This document shows, piece after piece, positions 1 through 9,751 of a stretch of 64,000 nucleotides of DNA (the first letter of the stretch is position 1; each line of letters starts with the position of its first letter). The notes beneath the pieces were generated by a model that made no database searches, had not been told where the DNA came from, and was given only the letters and a program-made list of their open reading frames with translations. The DNA is from Planctomycetota bacterium (GTDB lineage: Bacteria; Planctomycetota; UBA1135; UBA2386), in contig CANMWZ010000002.1 of the NCBI GenBank assembly GCA_947501605.1, positions 160,001-224,000 of the forward strand. The letters run 5' to 3'. A program made the position numbers and the translations under genes.

Positions 1-1144
1 TGGGCTGTAGGTAGCGGACCGGCGCATCGGCCAGCTGCGAGCCTTCGACCAGCACCAGAGAACCGCCGACTACGCGAAGGAATGGCACCGTCATCCGCGC
101 ATAGGTCAGCAACACGAGCACGATCGAAAATGCCATGGCCGCCAGGCTGACTCGCGGCAACCAGCGCAGGCGACCGTGAACGACAGCCCGCAGATCTGCC
201 AACACCTGCACGGCGCTCGCCGGCCGACGTTCGCGGTCGAGCTGCAGGCAGCTATGGACGAGGCGCAAGAGGCTGCGCGGCACTGCTTGCAACGGCTGCA
301 GGACCGACAACTGCCCGGTGACGGTTGCGCGAGCGGCGGCGCGCGCATCGCGCCCTTCGACCGGCAGGTTGCCGCTCAGCATGAAGTAGAGCAGCACACC
401 CAAACTGTAGAGGTCCGCCCGAGCGTCGACATCGAGCCCCGCAAGATGCTCGGGCGCCGAGAACACCGGGTTTGCGAACAAGGACTCGCCCAACTTCGCG
501 TCCTCGGCAGCAGCAGGCGCGAAACGCAACGACTGGGCGATGCCGAAGTCGAGCACCTTGACCACCGGCTGGCCGTCGCGGACCGCGATCATCACGTTGC
601 GCGACGACAGGTCTCGATGCACCAGACCGGCTTGGTGAATGGCCACGAGCGCTTGGCAGATCTGGATCGCGACGACAACCGCCATGGCGGGAGGCAAACC
701 ACCGCCGCGCACCCAAGCGTCGAGGGATTCGCCGTCGGCCAACTCCATCGCCAGATAGACCGTTCCTTCTTCGGTTTCGCCGACATCAAGAATGCGCGCG
801 CAGTGCTCATGCACCACGCGCCCCGCCTTGCGGGCCTCGGCGAGCAAGGCGCGACGGTACTCGGCACGGGCCGACAACCGCGGGTGCAAGAGCTTCAGCG
901 CCAGCGGCACCAGCGACACCGCATGACAGGCGCGGAACACCGTGCCCATACCGCCGCGGCCGAGGACGCCTTGGACCAAGAACTTGCCATCGATGACGGT
1001 CCCGAGCAGCGGGTTGGTCGAATCGGCCTCGCCGCGACGCTGCGGAAAGTGTGCGGCCGAAGTCGGCAACAGCGGCACACCGCAGTGGGCACAGCGATCG
1101 AGTTCGGTCGTCGCCACGCCTTCACAGGAAAGGCAGATTTTCAC
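1..1144 (-). CDS. Membrane-anchored Hanks-type protein kinase with N-terminal zinc ribbon (partial, runs off window start)
   Basis: Not in the ORF track; translated by hand from GTG at 1144. Shows KICLSC..RCAHC (Zn ribbon), GRGGMGTV, ALK, HRDLSSRN, DFG, SAPE, DLYSLG, then a hydrophobic segment VSLAAMAFSIVLVLLTY. Confidence 0.9.
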   Translation of the reverse strand, partial: MKICLSCEGVATTELDRCAHCGVPLLPTSAAHFPQRRGEADSTNPLLGTVIDGKFLVQGVLGRGGMGTVFRACHAVSLVPLALKLLHPRLSARAEYRRALLAEARKAGRVVHEHCARILDVGETEEGTVYLAMELADGESLDAWVRGGGLPPAMAVVVAIQICQALVAIHQAGLVHRDLSSRNVMIAVRDGQPVVKVLDFGIAQSLRFAPAAAEDAKLGESLFANPVFSAPEHLAGLDVDARADLYSLGVLLYFMLSGNLPVEGRDARAAARATVTGQLSVLQPLQAVPRSLLRLVHSCLQLDRERRPASAVQVLADLRAVVHGRLRWLPRVSLAAMAFSIVLVLLTYARMTVPFLRVVGGSLVLVEGSQLADAPVRYLQP

Positions 1145-1193
1145 GGCTGGGTCGTCACGGCAAATGCAGCCCGCCGCGTCCGCGACTTTGGTG

Positions 1194-2258
1194 TCACGAA
1201 CCCTGGCGGGGTTGCAACCAGCTTCGCCAGCGCAGCTCGAATCGCAAATCCCCGGCAACAAGACCAGCGAGCCCTGGGAAGTCCTGCAGGATGGATCGCA
1301 GAACCCTGGCCTTGGTGGCAGCTGGAACACGCGGCCACTTGGAGTCCAGGGGATGGTCGTAGCCAAACACGACGGGCGCGCCATCGAGCCGCAGCAAGCG
1401 CACGCGGATCTCGGGATACTCAGGGGCCTTGGCCCAGCGCAAGCCCAGGTTGTTGGCGTCCACTTCGATCAACCGCGGACAGTCCGGAACAGCGGGAGCG
1501 ATCTCGTCGCGCCACTCCACGGCGATGGCTGCAGCGGCGAGGACTCGATCGTCCGGGGCCTTCTCACCGAGCCTGCCCTGCATCGAGCCACTACCGCCCT
1601 CACGGCGGAGCACGAGCGCCGGCAATTCGGTGCCATCGACCCACGGCAACGTCGTGCCGTGACGATCGCACAAACAGAGCGGCTTGCCGGTTTCATCGCG
1701 CACCGCGAGAACCGGGCGACGGAGACCGAAGGCGACGCGGAACTTGTCAGGGAACACCCGCTCGAGCCGGGTCTCCTCGACCCAGGCCACAGTGGCGAGG
1801 CCGGCGAGCAGTTCGCGAGCAGCCGCATCGTCGAGGATCGGCGCTTCGCCGCGCAGCCAGGGCTGCAGATCCCGACTGACCGCGACCAAGAGCGCGTCTT
1901 CGAGCCAGGGCGGGCGCACCACAAAACCAACGCGGTCGCGATCGACCAACGGGCTGTGCTTGGCGGCCCCGGCAACCCTGGTCTCCAGGATCGACCAAGC
2001 TCGCGGTCCGAAGAACCAGGCAACCAGCCCAAATGCCAACCACACGCCAATGCGTGCAAGCCACGCCCGACCGCGCGAAGCGAGAGGGTCGGAGCTGTCG
2101 GGTGAATCGAGGCCAGTGCCCACGAACGCTGCCACCCCCCAAGGGTCGGTGCGCGGGCCAAAGCCCGCGCTGGGTCGCGACGATGATGCTGCTACAGGTT
2201 GCGGATGCGACGACGGCGCGGAGCCAAGCGCGGTGGATCGCACCGCAAAGCACTCCAC
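1194..2258 (-). CDS. FtsQ/DivIB-like bitopic membrane protein (POTRA-like); start uncertain
   Basis: One TM (IGVWLAFGLVAWFF), then WVEETRLERVFPDKFRVAFGLRRPVLAV...LCDRHGTTLP, which resembles the FtsQ POTRA-to-beta-domain junction. Confidence 0.55.
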   Translation of the reverse strand: MECFAVRSTALGSAPSSHPQPVAASSSRPSAGFGPRTDPWGVAAFVGTGLDSPDSSDPLASRGRAWLARIGVWLAFGLVAWFFGPRAWSILETRVAGAAKHSPLVDRDRVGFVVRPPWLEDALLVAVSRDLQPWLRGEAPILDDAAARELLAGLATVAWVEETRLERVFPDKFRVAFGLRRPVLAVRDETGKPLCLCDRHGTTLPWVDGTELPALVLRREGGSGSMQGRLGEKAPDDRVLAAAAIAVEWRDEIAPAVPDCPRLIEVDANNLGLRWAKAPEYPEIRVRLLRLDGAPVVFGYDHPLDSKWPRVPAATKARVLRSILQDFPGLAGLVAGDLRFELRWRSWLQPRQGS

Positions 2259-2268
2259 GCCGTTCGGT

Positions 2269-2526
2269 TCAGTTCAGGCGGGCCACGGTCGCCGGCTTCT
2301 GCTCAACGGTCTTGCGGGCGTTCTGGCCGCCGGTCACGCCATCACAGTCCTCGATGAAGATCTCGAGGACGTCGAGCACCTGTTCGACGACATTGCGATC
2401 GATCGTCAACTCACGACCGCCCTTCGCCGCCTCGAGCTCAGTCTCCAGCAGGCGCGTGAGCACCTTGACCTGGGACAGACGGCGACCGATGAACTTGCTG
2501 ACGTTGACCTCGCTCTTGCCTTCCAT
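2269..2526 (-). CDS. Small hypothetical helical protein (85 aa)
   Basis: MEGKSEVNVSKFIGRRL...; GAGG Shine-Dalgarno just upstream of ATG 2526; codon usage looks coding. Confidence 0.7.
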   Translation of the reverse strand: MEGKSEVNVSKFIGRRLSQVKVLTRLLETELEAAKGGRELTIDRNVVEQVLDVLEIFIEDCDGVTGGQNARKTVEQKPATVARLN

Positions 2527-2806
2527 GATGGACCTCTTCTGCGAATGGGTTGCTGGCCGCGCGAACGCGGCGATGGTGTCTTGACCGGTTGCGAAACGCG
2601 CCCCGCGACCGGCGGAGCGAGGGGCGAACATATCGACGTGGCCTGACGAAACCAGCGCAGAGCCTCGGGATTCTCGGTCTGAGTCGCTCCAGCCCCGGTT
2701 CGTGGAAAGCCGTCCACAATCAGGCTCGTTTGCGGTCCGCGTACGATGTCGCACATCGCCGTTCCCTCGGCAGCGGTCATGCGCCAGCATGTCGCACGTG
2801 TCAGCG

Positions 2807-4840
2807 ATGCAGTTCAAGGGCTACACGCTCAACGCGTTCCAGGTCCTCGCCGCCGAAGCGATCGAGGCCGGCAAGAACGTCCTGCTGTCGGCTCCCACCG
2901 GCTCAGGCAAAACGCTCGTCGCCGAGTACGCCATCGAGCAGGCCGTCAAACTCGGTCGCCGCGCCATCTACACCAGTCCGATCAAAGCTCTGTCCAACCA
3001 GAAGTTTCGCGACTTCAAACAGGACGGCATCGACGTCGGGTTGATGACCGGCGACCTGACCCTCAACCCGGATGCACCGCTGGTCATCATGACCACCGAG
3101 ATCTTCCGGAACGCGGTGTTCGAGGACCCCAAGCGATTCCTCGACACCGACTTTGCGATCTTCGACGAGATCCACTTTCTCGACGACCCGGAGCGCGGGA
3201 CGGTCTGGGAAGAGTCTCTGATCTTCGCGCCGGACCACGTTCGATTCGTCTGCCTGTCGGCCACGATCGACAACCTCGATGAGTTCGGCAAGTGGATCGC
3301 GCAGACGCGGCAGCAAGAACTAGCGATCATCGAGCACGACAAGCGACCTGTGCCGCTGACCCACCGCCTCTACCACGTCGACGCTGGCGTGTTCCAACTG
3401 GCGCAACGCAAGAAAGCGGTGCAGTTCCACGAGCGTGCACTCGAGCGCGACAAGCGGCACGGCGGCCACGCCGGTCGCCGCGAACGCGAGCGTTCGCAGT
3501 GGGGCGACAAGCGCGAGCGCAAACAAGGCCGAGGCCTGACCATCGGGCCGCGGCCCTACATGCTGCTGCTCGACGAACTCCAGCATCGGCGTCTGTTGCC
3601 GTTGCTGTACTTCTGCTTCTCGCGCAAGGAGTGCGAGATCAAGGCCGAGCGCAACATGCAGCGCCGCTTGCTCGACCGCGACGAACGCGCGCGCATCGAA
3701 CGCTTGTTCTACGAAGTCTGCGAGCGCTTCGAAATCGCGCCCGAGGGCGACCCGAGCCTGTTGGGCATTCTCGGCCGCGCGATGCAAGGAACTGGCTACC
3801 ACCACGCCGGCATGCTGCCGATCCACAAAGAGATCGTCGAGCGCCTCTTCACCTCGGGGCTGCTCAAGTTGCTGTTCACGACCGAGACGTTTGCACTGGG
3901 CATCAACATGCCAGCTCGCACGGTGGTGTTCGATCTGCTGCGCAAGTTCGACGGCGTGCAGATGGACTACATGCGCGCGCGCGACTACATGCAGATGGCG
4001 GGTCGCGCCGGCCGTCAGGGACTCGACGAGAGTGGACTGGTGATCTCGATTCTGGAGAACGAAGACCTCTACGAAGCGCCGCTGTCGCGATACCACGGCA
4101 GCAAGGTGGAGCCGATCACGTCGCGCTTCAATCTGTCGTACTCGACGATCCTGAACCTCTACGCGCACATGGGCGGCAAGCTGCTCGATGCCTACGACAG
4201 GAGTTTCGCGGCGTTCCAGGCGCAGAAGGGCTCTCAGGCGACGCGCACCAAGAAGCGCCAGGCCGCGCGGGCGGCGCTGCTGCAGCGCCTGCAGATCCTG
4301 GAAGAGGCGGGCTATCTCGGCGACGGCCAACTGCTCGACCGCGGCAAGCTGGCGCAGCGCATCAACGGCTATGAGATCCAGGCAACGGAGATCCTGTTCT
4401 CCGGTGCGCTCGACGGCATGGACATCCACCAACTGTCGGTCACGTTTGCGGCGCTGATCCACCAGGAGCGCCGCAGCGCGGAACTGCGCGGCTACCGGCG
4501 TGAACCCGGCCCGATGATGCAAAAGGTCAACGACGCGGTGAAGCGATTCTGCGCGGTCGAAGTGCTCCATGGCGTCAAGGACACCATCAAGGCGCCGGAC
4601 TGGGGCATCGGCCCTGCCGTCGATGCGTGGAGCCGCGGCTGCAGTGTGGAAGAACTCGAGCAACTCGCACACAGCGACGCGGGCGATGTCGTCCGGACGC
4701 TGCGCATGGCCATCCAGATGATGCGCCAAGTACGCATGGTTGTCGGGAGAGGCGAAGTCCTCGGCGCCCGTCTCGACGAAGCCGGCGTCGCCATCAATCG
4801 CGATGTGGTCGACGCGAAACGTCAGTTCGAACTCGGCTGA
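2807..4840 (+). CDS. Ski2-like DEAD/DEAH-box RNA helicase (HelY family)
   Basis: APTGSGKT, SPIKALSNQKF, DEIH, SAT, HHAGMLP, TETFALGINMPA, QMAGRAGRQG; C-terminal DSHCT-like region. Confidence 0.92.
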   Translation: MQFKGYTLNAFQVLAAEAIEAGKNVLLSAPTGSGKTLVAEYAIEQAVKLGRRAIYTSPIKALSNQKFRDFKQDGIDVGLMTGDLTLNPDAPLVIMTTEIFRNAVFEDPKRFLDTDFAIFDEIHFLDDPERGTVWEESLIFAPDHVRFVCLSATIDNLDEFGKWIAQTRQQELAIIEHDKRPVPLTHRLYHVDAGVFQLAQRKKAVQFHERALERDKRHGGHAGRRERERSQWGDKRERKQGRGLTIGPRPYMLLLDELQHRRLLPLLYFCFSRKECEIKAERNMQRRLLDRDERARIERLFYEVCERFEIAPEGDPSLLGILGRAMQGTGYHHAGMLPIHKEIVERLFTSGLLKLLFTTETFALGINMPARTVVFDLLRKFDGVQMDYMRARDYMQMAGRAGRQGLDESGLVISILENEDLYEAPLSRYHGSKVEPITSRFNLSYSTILNLYAHMGGKLLDAYDRSFAAFQAQKGSQATRTKKRQAARAALLQRLQILEEAGYLGDGQLLDRGKLAQRINGYEIQATEILFSGALDGMDIHQLSVTFAALIHQERRSAELRGYRREPGPMMQKVNDAVKRFCAVEVLHGVKDTIKAPDWGIGPAVDAWSRGCSVEELEQLAHSDAGDVVRTLRMAIQMMRQVRMVVGRGEVLGARLDEAGVAINRDVVDAKRQFELG

Positions 4841-4877
4841 TCGCAGCCGGACGGCTCGCGCGCTACCGTATCCCCCC

Positions 4878-5597
4878 ATGGCCCGCCGCTACTTCGTCGA
4901 TTCTCTGCCCGTTCCCGGGGGGACCGTTCTCGTCGGCGAGCCAGCCCACCACCTCGCCGTCGTGCTGCGCGTCCGGACCGGCGACGCGATGGTGTTGTGC
5001 GACGGCAAGGGCAACGAGTGCGAAGCCACCGTCATTCGCAGCGGTTCCGGAAAAGTTGCGATCCAGGCTGGCGAGACGAAGCGCACGGCACCTCAGGACT
5101 TCGTCCTGCACGTGGCCTTTGCACCACCGAAGTGGACCCGTGCGGATTGGCTGCTCGAGCACGGCACCGAAGTGGGGATTGGCGTGTTCTGGCCACTATG
5201 GACCGAACGCACCCGACCTCAGGGGGGACGGCACGATCGCTGGGACAAGGTCATCCGCGCCGCCGCTGGTCAGTGTGATCGCGCCTGGCTACCGCTGGTC
5301 CGCGAAGTGACCGAGTTCGCGGACTTCCTGAGGCAGCCGGAGCTTCCGCCCAATCGATTTCTCGCTGACGGCGAGGGGGAGCCGGCACCGTCGTCGATTG
5401 CGGGCAACGCAGCCCTCTTGGTCGGGCCCGAGGGCGGTTTCACGAGCAGCGAGCGCGCAGCGGCAATCGCCGCTGGCTTTGTGCCGATGGGCCTCGGTCC
5501 GCACGTGCTGCGCACCGAGACCGCGGCGTTGGTCGGCGCCGCGGCTCTGCTGCTCGCGGCTACACGAGCGGCAGGAACGCTTCCTCCGCGAAGCTGA
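4878..5597 (+). CDS. rsmE: 16S rRNA m3U1498 methyltransferase
   Basis: HHLAVVLRV, EHGTEVG, VGPEGGF, LGPHVLRTETA SPOUT motifs. Confidence 0.93.
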   Translation: MARRYFVDSLPVPGGTVLVGEPAHHLAVVLRVRTGDAMVLCDGKGNECEATVIRSGSGKVAIQAGETKRTAPQDFVLHVAFAPPKWTRADWLLEHGTEVGIGVFWPLWTERTRPQGGRHDRWDKVIRAAAGQCDRAWLPLVREVTEFADFLRQPELPPNRFLADGEGEPAPSSIAGNAALLVGPEGGFTSSERAAAIAAGFVPMGLGPHVLRTETAALVGAAALLLAATRAAGTLPPRS

Positions 5598-6246
5598 AGC
5601 AGCGTTCGTCACCGACCACCACGTGGTCGAGCAGTTCGATCCCCATGAGTTCCCCTGCTTCCTGCAGGCGCACCGTCACCGCACGGTCCTCAGCGCTGGG
5701 GGTCGGATCGCCGCTCGGATGATTGTGGGCAACGACCACGGCAGAGGCACCTTCGCGGACCGCCGGTGAGAACACTTCGCGCGGATGCACGGGCGCGGAA
5801 TCGACGCTGCCCGTGCTGACCACGCGCAGGGACAGGATGCGATGACGCGCATCGAGCAGGAGCGCGAAGAACGTCTCGCGCCGCGTTCCGCGTACGGACT
5901 CGCGGACAATGGAAGCAATGTCACGGCCGCAGCGCACAGCAGTACCAGGCCGCAACCGTGCTTCGAGCAGACGTCGGGCCAGTCCAAACGCAGAGCCAAG
6001 TGCCGCTGCGCGCACCGCACCGATGCCTGGTTGGTTGGCCACCTCTCGCACCGGTGCGGCGGCGAGGGTCGCCAACCCGCCGAAGGTGCGCAACAACCGC
6101 TGCGCCATCGCCTCGGCCGGCTCGCCACGCTGTCCTGTTCGGAGCAGCAGTGCAAGACACTCGGCGTCCGAGAGTCGCATCTCCCCAAGCTGTACGATCC
6201 GTTCGCGCGGGCCGTATCGATCGCTGCCGTCTCGCCTCGTCTCCAT
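5560..6246 (-). CDS. radC: RadC / JAB-domain protein
   Basis: PRERI..LSDAECLALLL, HhH motif, VHPREVF, HNHPSGDPTPSAED, LLDHVVVG. Confidence 0.93.
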   Translation of the reverse strand: METRRDGSDRYGPRERIVQLGEMRLSDAECLALLLRTGQRGEPAEAMAQRLLRTFGGLATLAAAPVREVANQPGIGAVRAAALGSAFGLARRLLEARLRPGTAVRCGRDIASIVRESVRGTRRETFFALLLDARHRILSLRVVSTGSVDSAPVHPREVFSPAVREGASAVVVAHNHPSGDPTPSAEDRAVTVRLQEAGELMGIELLDHVVVGDERCFSFAEEAFLPLV

Positions 6247-6321
6247 ACCTCCTATGTGACCTGAACCGCTCCTGGGTTACGTGCGACCTGCGCCGATCCA
6301 GTGGAACCGCCGCGACGGCAA

Positions 6322-7977
6322 CTAAGCCCGATGGATCGTCAACTGTGGGAACGGGATCGACACTCCATGCTGGGTCGCAGCCTCGACCAGGATGCGCTGA
6401 ATGCCACGGCGCAGCCCTCCGTAGCTTGCCGCTGCCTCGCCAGAGAATCGCACCACCACCTGCAGATCCAGGGACGACGCCGCCGCCGCCGCAAACTCCA
6501 CCACTACCGAGGTCACAAACGCACCACCCGGAACCTGTGGCAACCGCACGTGCAACGCTTTGGCGAACTGCTCCGGCACCGTGGTCGTCGCCGCTTCCTG
6601 GTGGCGGTAGTCGATGCCGAACACGCTCAAGATGAAGAAGCCTCGCGACAGGTTCGAGGGCATCTGTCCCAGAAACTCAGTGGTCCTGAACGTGCGCGGC
6701 GCACCGTCGATCCGAACCACGACCTGATCCGGAGTCTGCACCTCGACGGGCCCGAAGGCGCCATTGGCCAGCATTACCCATTCGCCCTGCTGGCACGGAA
6801 ACCACGGCTCGTCGGGCAGCGACTTGCGCGACGAGCGCCCGACCACCTCGCGGAGCGGGATGCGAAGCACACCGCCCTGCAGCTCCGGGTTGCTGAGTCG
6901 CGTCTGCAAACGCAACGCGTCGACGCGGTATGGCAGTCCATCGATCATCACGCGCTCGCCCTCGCGCACCGCGCCCGCATTGAGGAGGAGGCGCACCTGC
7001 TCGAGGAGCGTCGGCAACGATCGCGACAACGCCCAACCAAGACCGATCAAGAACACGATCGCCACGGCGAGCAGCTCGAAGTCGCCGCGAAGGTAGAACA
7101 CCGCCACCACTGCGAACGCCGCACCGAGCGCTGCCAGCCCTTGAAACGCGACGTCGAACATGCGCAGCGGCAGGCGTCGCTCGCCGCGCATGGCGATGCG
7201 CGACACCATGCGGTGCAGCCAGCGGAGAAAGAGGATGACCAGGGCGGCCGCCGCAATGGCGAGGAACAAGCTGACGCCGCGACGGCGCACGAAGTCCGCC
7301 ACGGCGTTCTGCACAGACTCGGACATCGGGGCACGAGCGGCCTCGAGCGACTCCAGCTGTCCGGCGACCAGTAGGCACTCGTCACGCAGTTCGCTGACAA
7401 ACGCGCCCCACCGCTGCACCGCTGCGTCGAGCGGCACCAGCACCTGCGGTTCGGTGCCTGACTGTTGCTGGTCCCGGCGGGTGCGCTCGAGTCCACGCAC
7501 AACCTGCTCGGAAGCCTCGATCTGCGCCTCGAGCTGCTCCCGGTGGGATTGCAGTTCTTGGATCTGGCGCGGTCCCTCGGTCGCCTTCGAAATGGCACGA
7601 ACCAATGGCCGTACGAGGCGCAGGATCTCGGTCTGAAGTTCGTACTCTTCTTCCTTCGGGGAACGCACTTGGGCGACGTCGAACCCGGTCGCCAAGCTGG
7701 CCAGTCGATCGCGCAGTTGCTTCTGCACCGTCTGCAGGTTCACAACCCGCTCCGGATCAACCGGCTGCTGGCGCTCGGCCGCACTGAGTTCCAATTCGTT
7801 CTGCAGGAGTTGCTGCGCCAAGTTCTTGAGCGCCTGGTGCCGGACGGTCGGTGTCGGCGCTGGCTCTTGGGCCGCGTCAGGGACCACGCTCGGCATCGAG
7901 TCCTGCTGTGCGCACGCTCGCACTTCCGCAAAACCCACGAGCAAGGAGAACACCAGAAGCAGCAGGCGGCAGAGCAT
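6322..7977 (-). CDS. MscS-family mechanosensitive channel with signal peptide and coiled-coil N-terminal region
   Basis: Signal peptide MLCRLLLLVF, long coiled coil, three TMs, GAVREGERVMIDG beta-domain, C-terminal GVSIPFPQLTIH typical of MscS. Confidence 0.7.
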   Translation of the reverse strand: MLCRLLLLVFSLLVGFAEVRACAQQDSMPSVVPDAAQEPAPTPTVRHQALKNLAQQLLQNELELSAAERQQPVDPERVVNLQTVQKQLRDRLASLATGFDVAQVRSPKEEEYELQTEILRLVRPLVRAISKATEGPRQIQELQSHREQLEAQIEASEQVVRGLERTRRDQQQSGTEPQVLVPLDAAVQRWGAFVSELRDECLLVAGQLESLEAARAPMSESVQNAVADFVRRRGVSLFLAIAAAALVILFLRWLHRMVSRIAMRGERRLPLRMFDVAFQGLAALGAAFAVVAVFYLRGDFELLAVAIVFLIGLGWALSRSLPTLLEQVRLLLNAGAVREGERVMIDGLPYRVDALRLQTRLSNPELQGGVLRIPLREVVGRSSRKSLPDEPWFPCQQGEWVMLANGAFGPVEVQTPDQVVVRIDGAPRTFRTTEFLGQMPSNLSRGFFILSVFGIDYRHQEAATTTVPEQFAKALHVRLPQVPGGAFVTSVVVEFAAAAASSLDLQVVVRFSGEAAASYGGLRRGIQRILVEAATQHGVSIPFPQLTIHRA

Positions 7978-8058
7978 CGCGGCGGAGCGTAGCGAACACA
8001 GCCCACAGGCACGATGCTCGGACTCGATCGTACGGCGGCGACGCCCTAGGCTCCGTTG

Positions 8059-9741
8059 GTGACGACCGCGCTCCTCCAGCAGGCATTGCAGCAGCACTTC
8101 GGCTTCGCTTCGTTCCGCGGCCAGCAGGAAGCTGTGATCCGCCACTTCCTCGACGGCGGTTCGGCCCTCGTCGTGATGGCGACGGGTGAGGGGAAATCGC
8201 TGTGCTACCAACTGCCGGCGCTGGTCGCACAGGGACTCACCGTGGTGGTCAGCCCGCTGATCGCACTGATGGACGACCAAGTGGCGGGCCTACAACGCCG
8301 CGGCATTGCCGCCACCTGCGTGCACAGCCTGCTCGAAAAACACGAACGAGAGGCTCGTCTCGCCGCCGTTCAGCGCGGTCAAGTACGCCTGCTCTACGTG
8401 ACGCCAGAGCGGTTCCGCGTTCCGGGTTTCCTGCAGCTCGCGCAAACAGTGCAGGTCGCGCGCCTCGCCATCGACGAGGCCCACTGCGTCAGCCACTGGG
8501 GTCACGACTTTCGACCCGACTACATGCAACTCGGCATCATCCGCAAAGCTCTCGGCAACCCGCCAGTGCTCGCGTTGACGGCAACCGCCACACCGGACGT
8601 GCAGACGGACATCCGCGAAGTACTGTCGCTGCAAGACGCGCCGCTGTTCCACACCGGCATCGAACGCGACAACCTGTTCGTGTCGGTACACGAGTGTGAT
8701 GGCGCGGAAGCAAAGCTCGCCCGCACCCAAGCGGTGCTGCAGCGCACTGGCGGCCCCGCCATCGTCTACTTTGCTCTGATCCAGGACCTCGCGCGCGCCG
8801 AGTCGCAGTTGCTGCGCCACGGTCACAAGCCGCTCGTCTACCACGGCGACCTCTCGGCCCACGAACGGACCACCCAGCAGCGCGCCTTCGAGCAGAGTCG
8901 CGATGCCCTGATCCTCGCCACCAACGCCTTCGGAATGGGCGTCGACAAGAGCAACATCCGCGCCATCGTCCATTGGCAGATCCCCAAGACGCTGGAGGCC
9001 TACTACCAGGAAATCGGGCGCGCCGGCCGCGACGGAGGCGGTTCGTTCTGCGAACTCCTGTGGCACGACGAGGATCTGCAGATCCAGCGCAGCTTCGTCG
9101 AATGGGCCAACCCTGGATCCGAGTTGCTGCTGCAGGTCGCGGTGCACCTAGCCGGCCTCGGCGATCGCATCCATGCCCTCGATCGCGACGACCTCGTCGG
9201 CACGTTCTTCGGCAAGAACCGCCGCGATGGCCGGATCGATACCTGCCTCCGGCTGCTGCGCACGGCGGGCTGTGTCACCGGCGACCTGGGCAGAGACCTC
9301 GCCTTCGTCCGCATGCCCACCCCCAGCGAAGTAGTGTCGTGGCTCCCGGACGACAAGCGGACTCATGACCTGCAAGGCCTGCTCGCGATGGTCCGCTACG
9401 CCAGCGCGGGCACGTGCCGGAAGCAGGCGATCCACGCGCACTTCGGCTTCCCGCAGACCGTGCCGTGCGGCACCTGCGATGTATGCGAGAACGGCGATAC
9501 CTGGATGACGCACAAGCTCCCGAACGAACTCGTCACCATTGCTCCGGTAGTCGCGGAGGAGATCGACGACCTGCCGGTTCAGCGTGGCGACTGGATCGAG
9601 GTCCAGGGTCTCGGGCTCTGCTGCGTCCGACGAGTCCACAAAACCCGCGGTTCGCTGCGAGCAGACGTCGAACAGGCCAGCGACCTAACAGAACGCAGCG
9701 TCGATCTGCTGCGTCGGCGATGGCGCAAGGTCCAAGGATGA
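8059..9741 (+). CDS. recQ: RecQ-family ATP-dependent DNA helicase (short type, no HRDC)
   Basis: TGEGKSLCYQLP, DEAHCVSHWGHDFRPDY, ATNAFGMGVDK, YYQEIGRAGRDG, Zn-binding CR...CGTCDVC. Confidence 0.92.
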   Translation: MTTALLQQALQQHFGFASFRGQQEAVIRHFLDGGSALVVMATGEGKSLCYQLPALVAQGLTVVVSPLIALMDDQVAGLQRRGIAATCVHSLLEKHEREARLAAVQRGQVRLLYVTPERFRVPGFLQLAQTVQVARLAIDEAHCVSHWGHDFRPDYMQLGIIRKALGNPPVLALTATATPDVQTDIREVLSLQDAPLFHTGIERDNLFVSVHECDGAEAKLARTQAVLQRTGGPAIVYFALIQDLARAESQLLRHGHKPLVYHGDLSAHERTTQQRAFEQSRDALILATNAFGMGVDKSNIRAIVHWQIPKTLEAYYQEIGRAGRDGGGSFCELLWHDEDLQIQRSFVEWANPGSELLLQVAVHLAGLGDRIHALDRDDLVGTFFGKNRRDGRIDTCLRLLRTAGCVTGDLGRDLAFVRMPTPSEVVSWLPDDKRTHDLQGLLAMVRYASAGTCRKQAIHAHFGFPQTVPCGTCDVCENGDTWMTHKLPNELVTIAPVVAEEIDDLPVQRGDWIEVQGLGLCCVRRVHKTRGSLRADVEQASDLTERSVDLLRRRWRKVQG

Positions 9742-9751
9742 TGCGTGCGCC

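Noticed and set aside
176..1879. 567-aa plus-strand ORF
   Set aside because: Antisense shadow of the minus-strand kinase and FtsQ-like genes; no motifs of its own.
5560..6246. radC as a marker of a mobile element
   Set aside because: Full-length chromosomal type with the HhH N-domain; neighbours are housekeeping genes.
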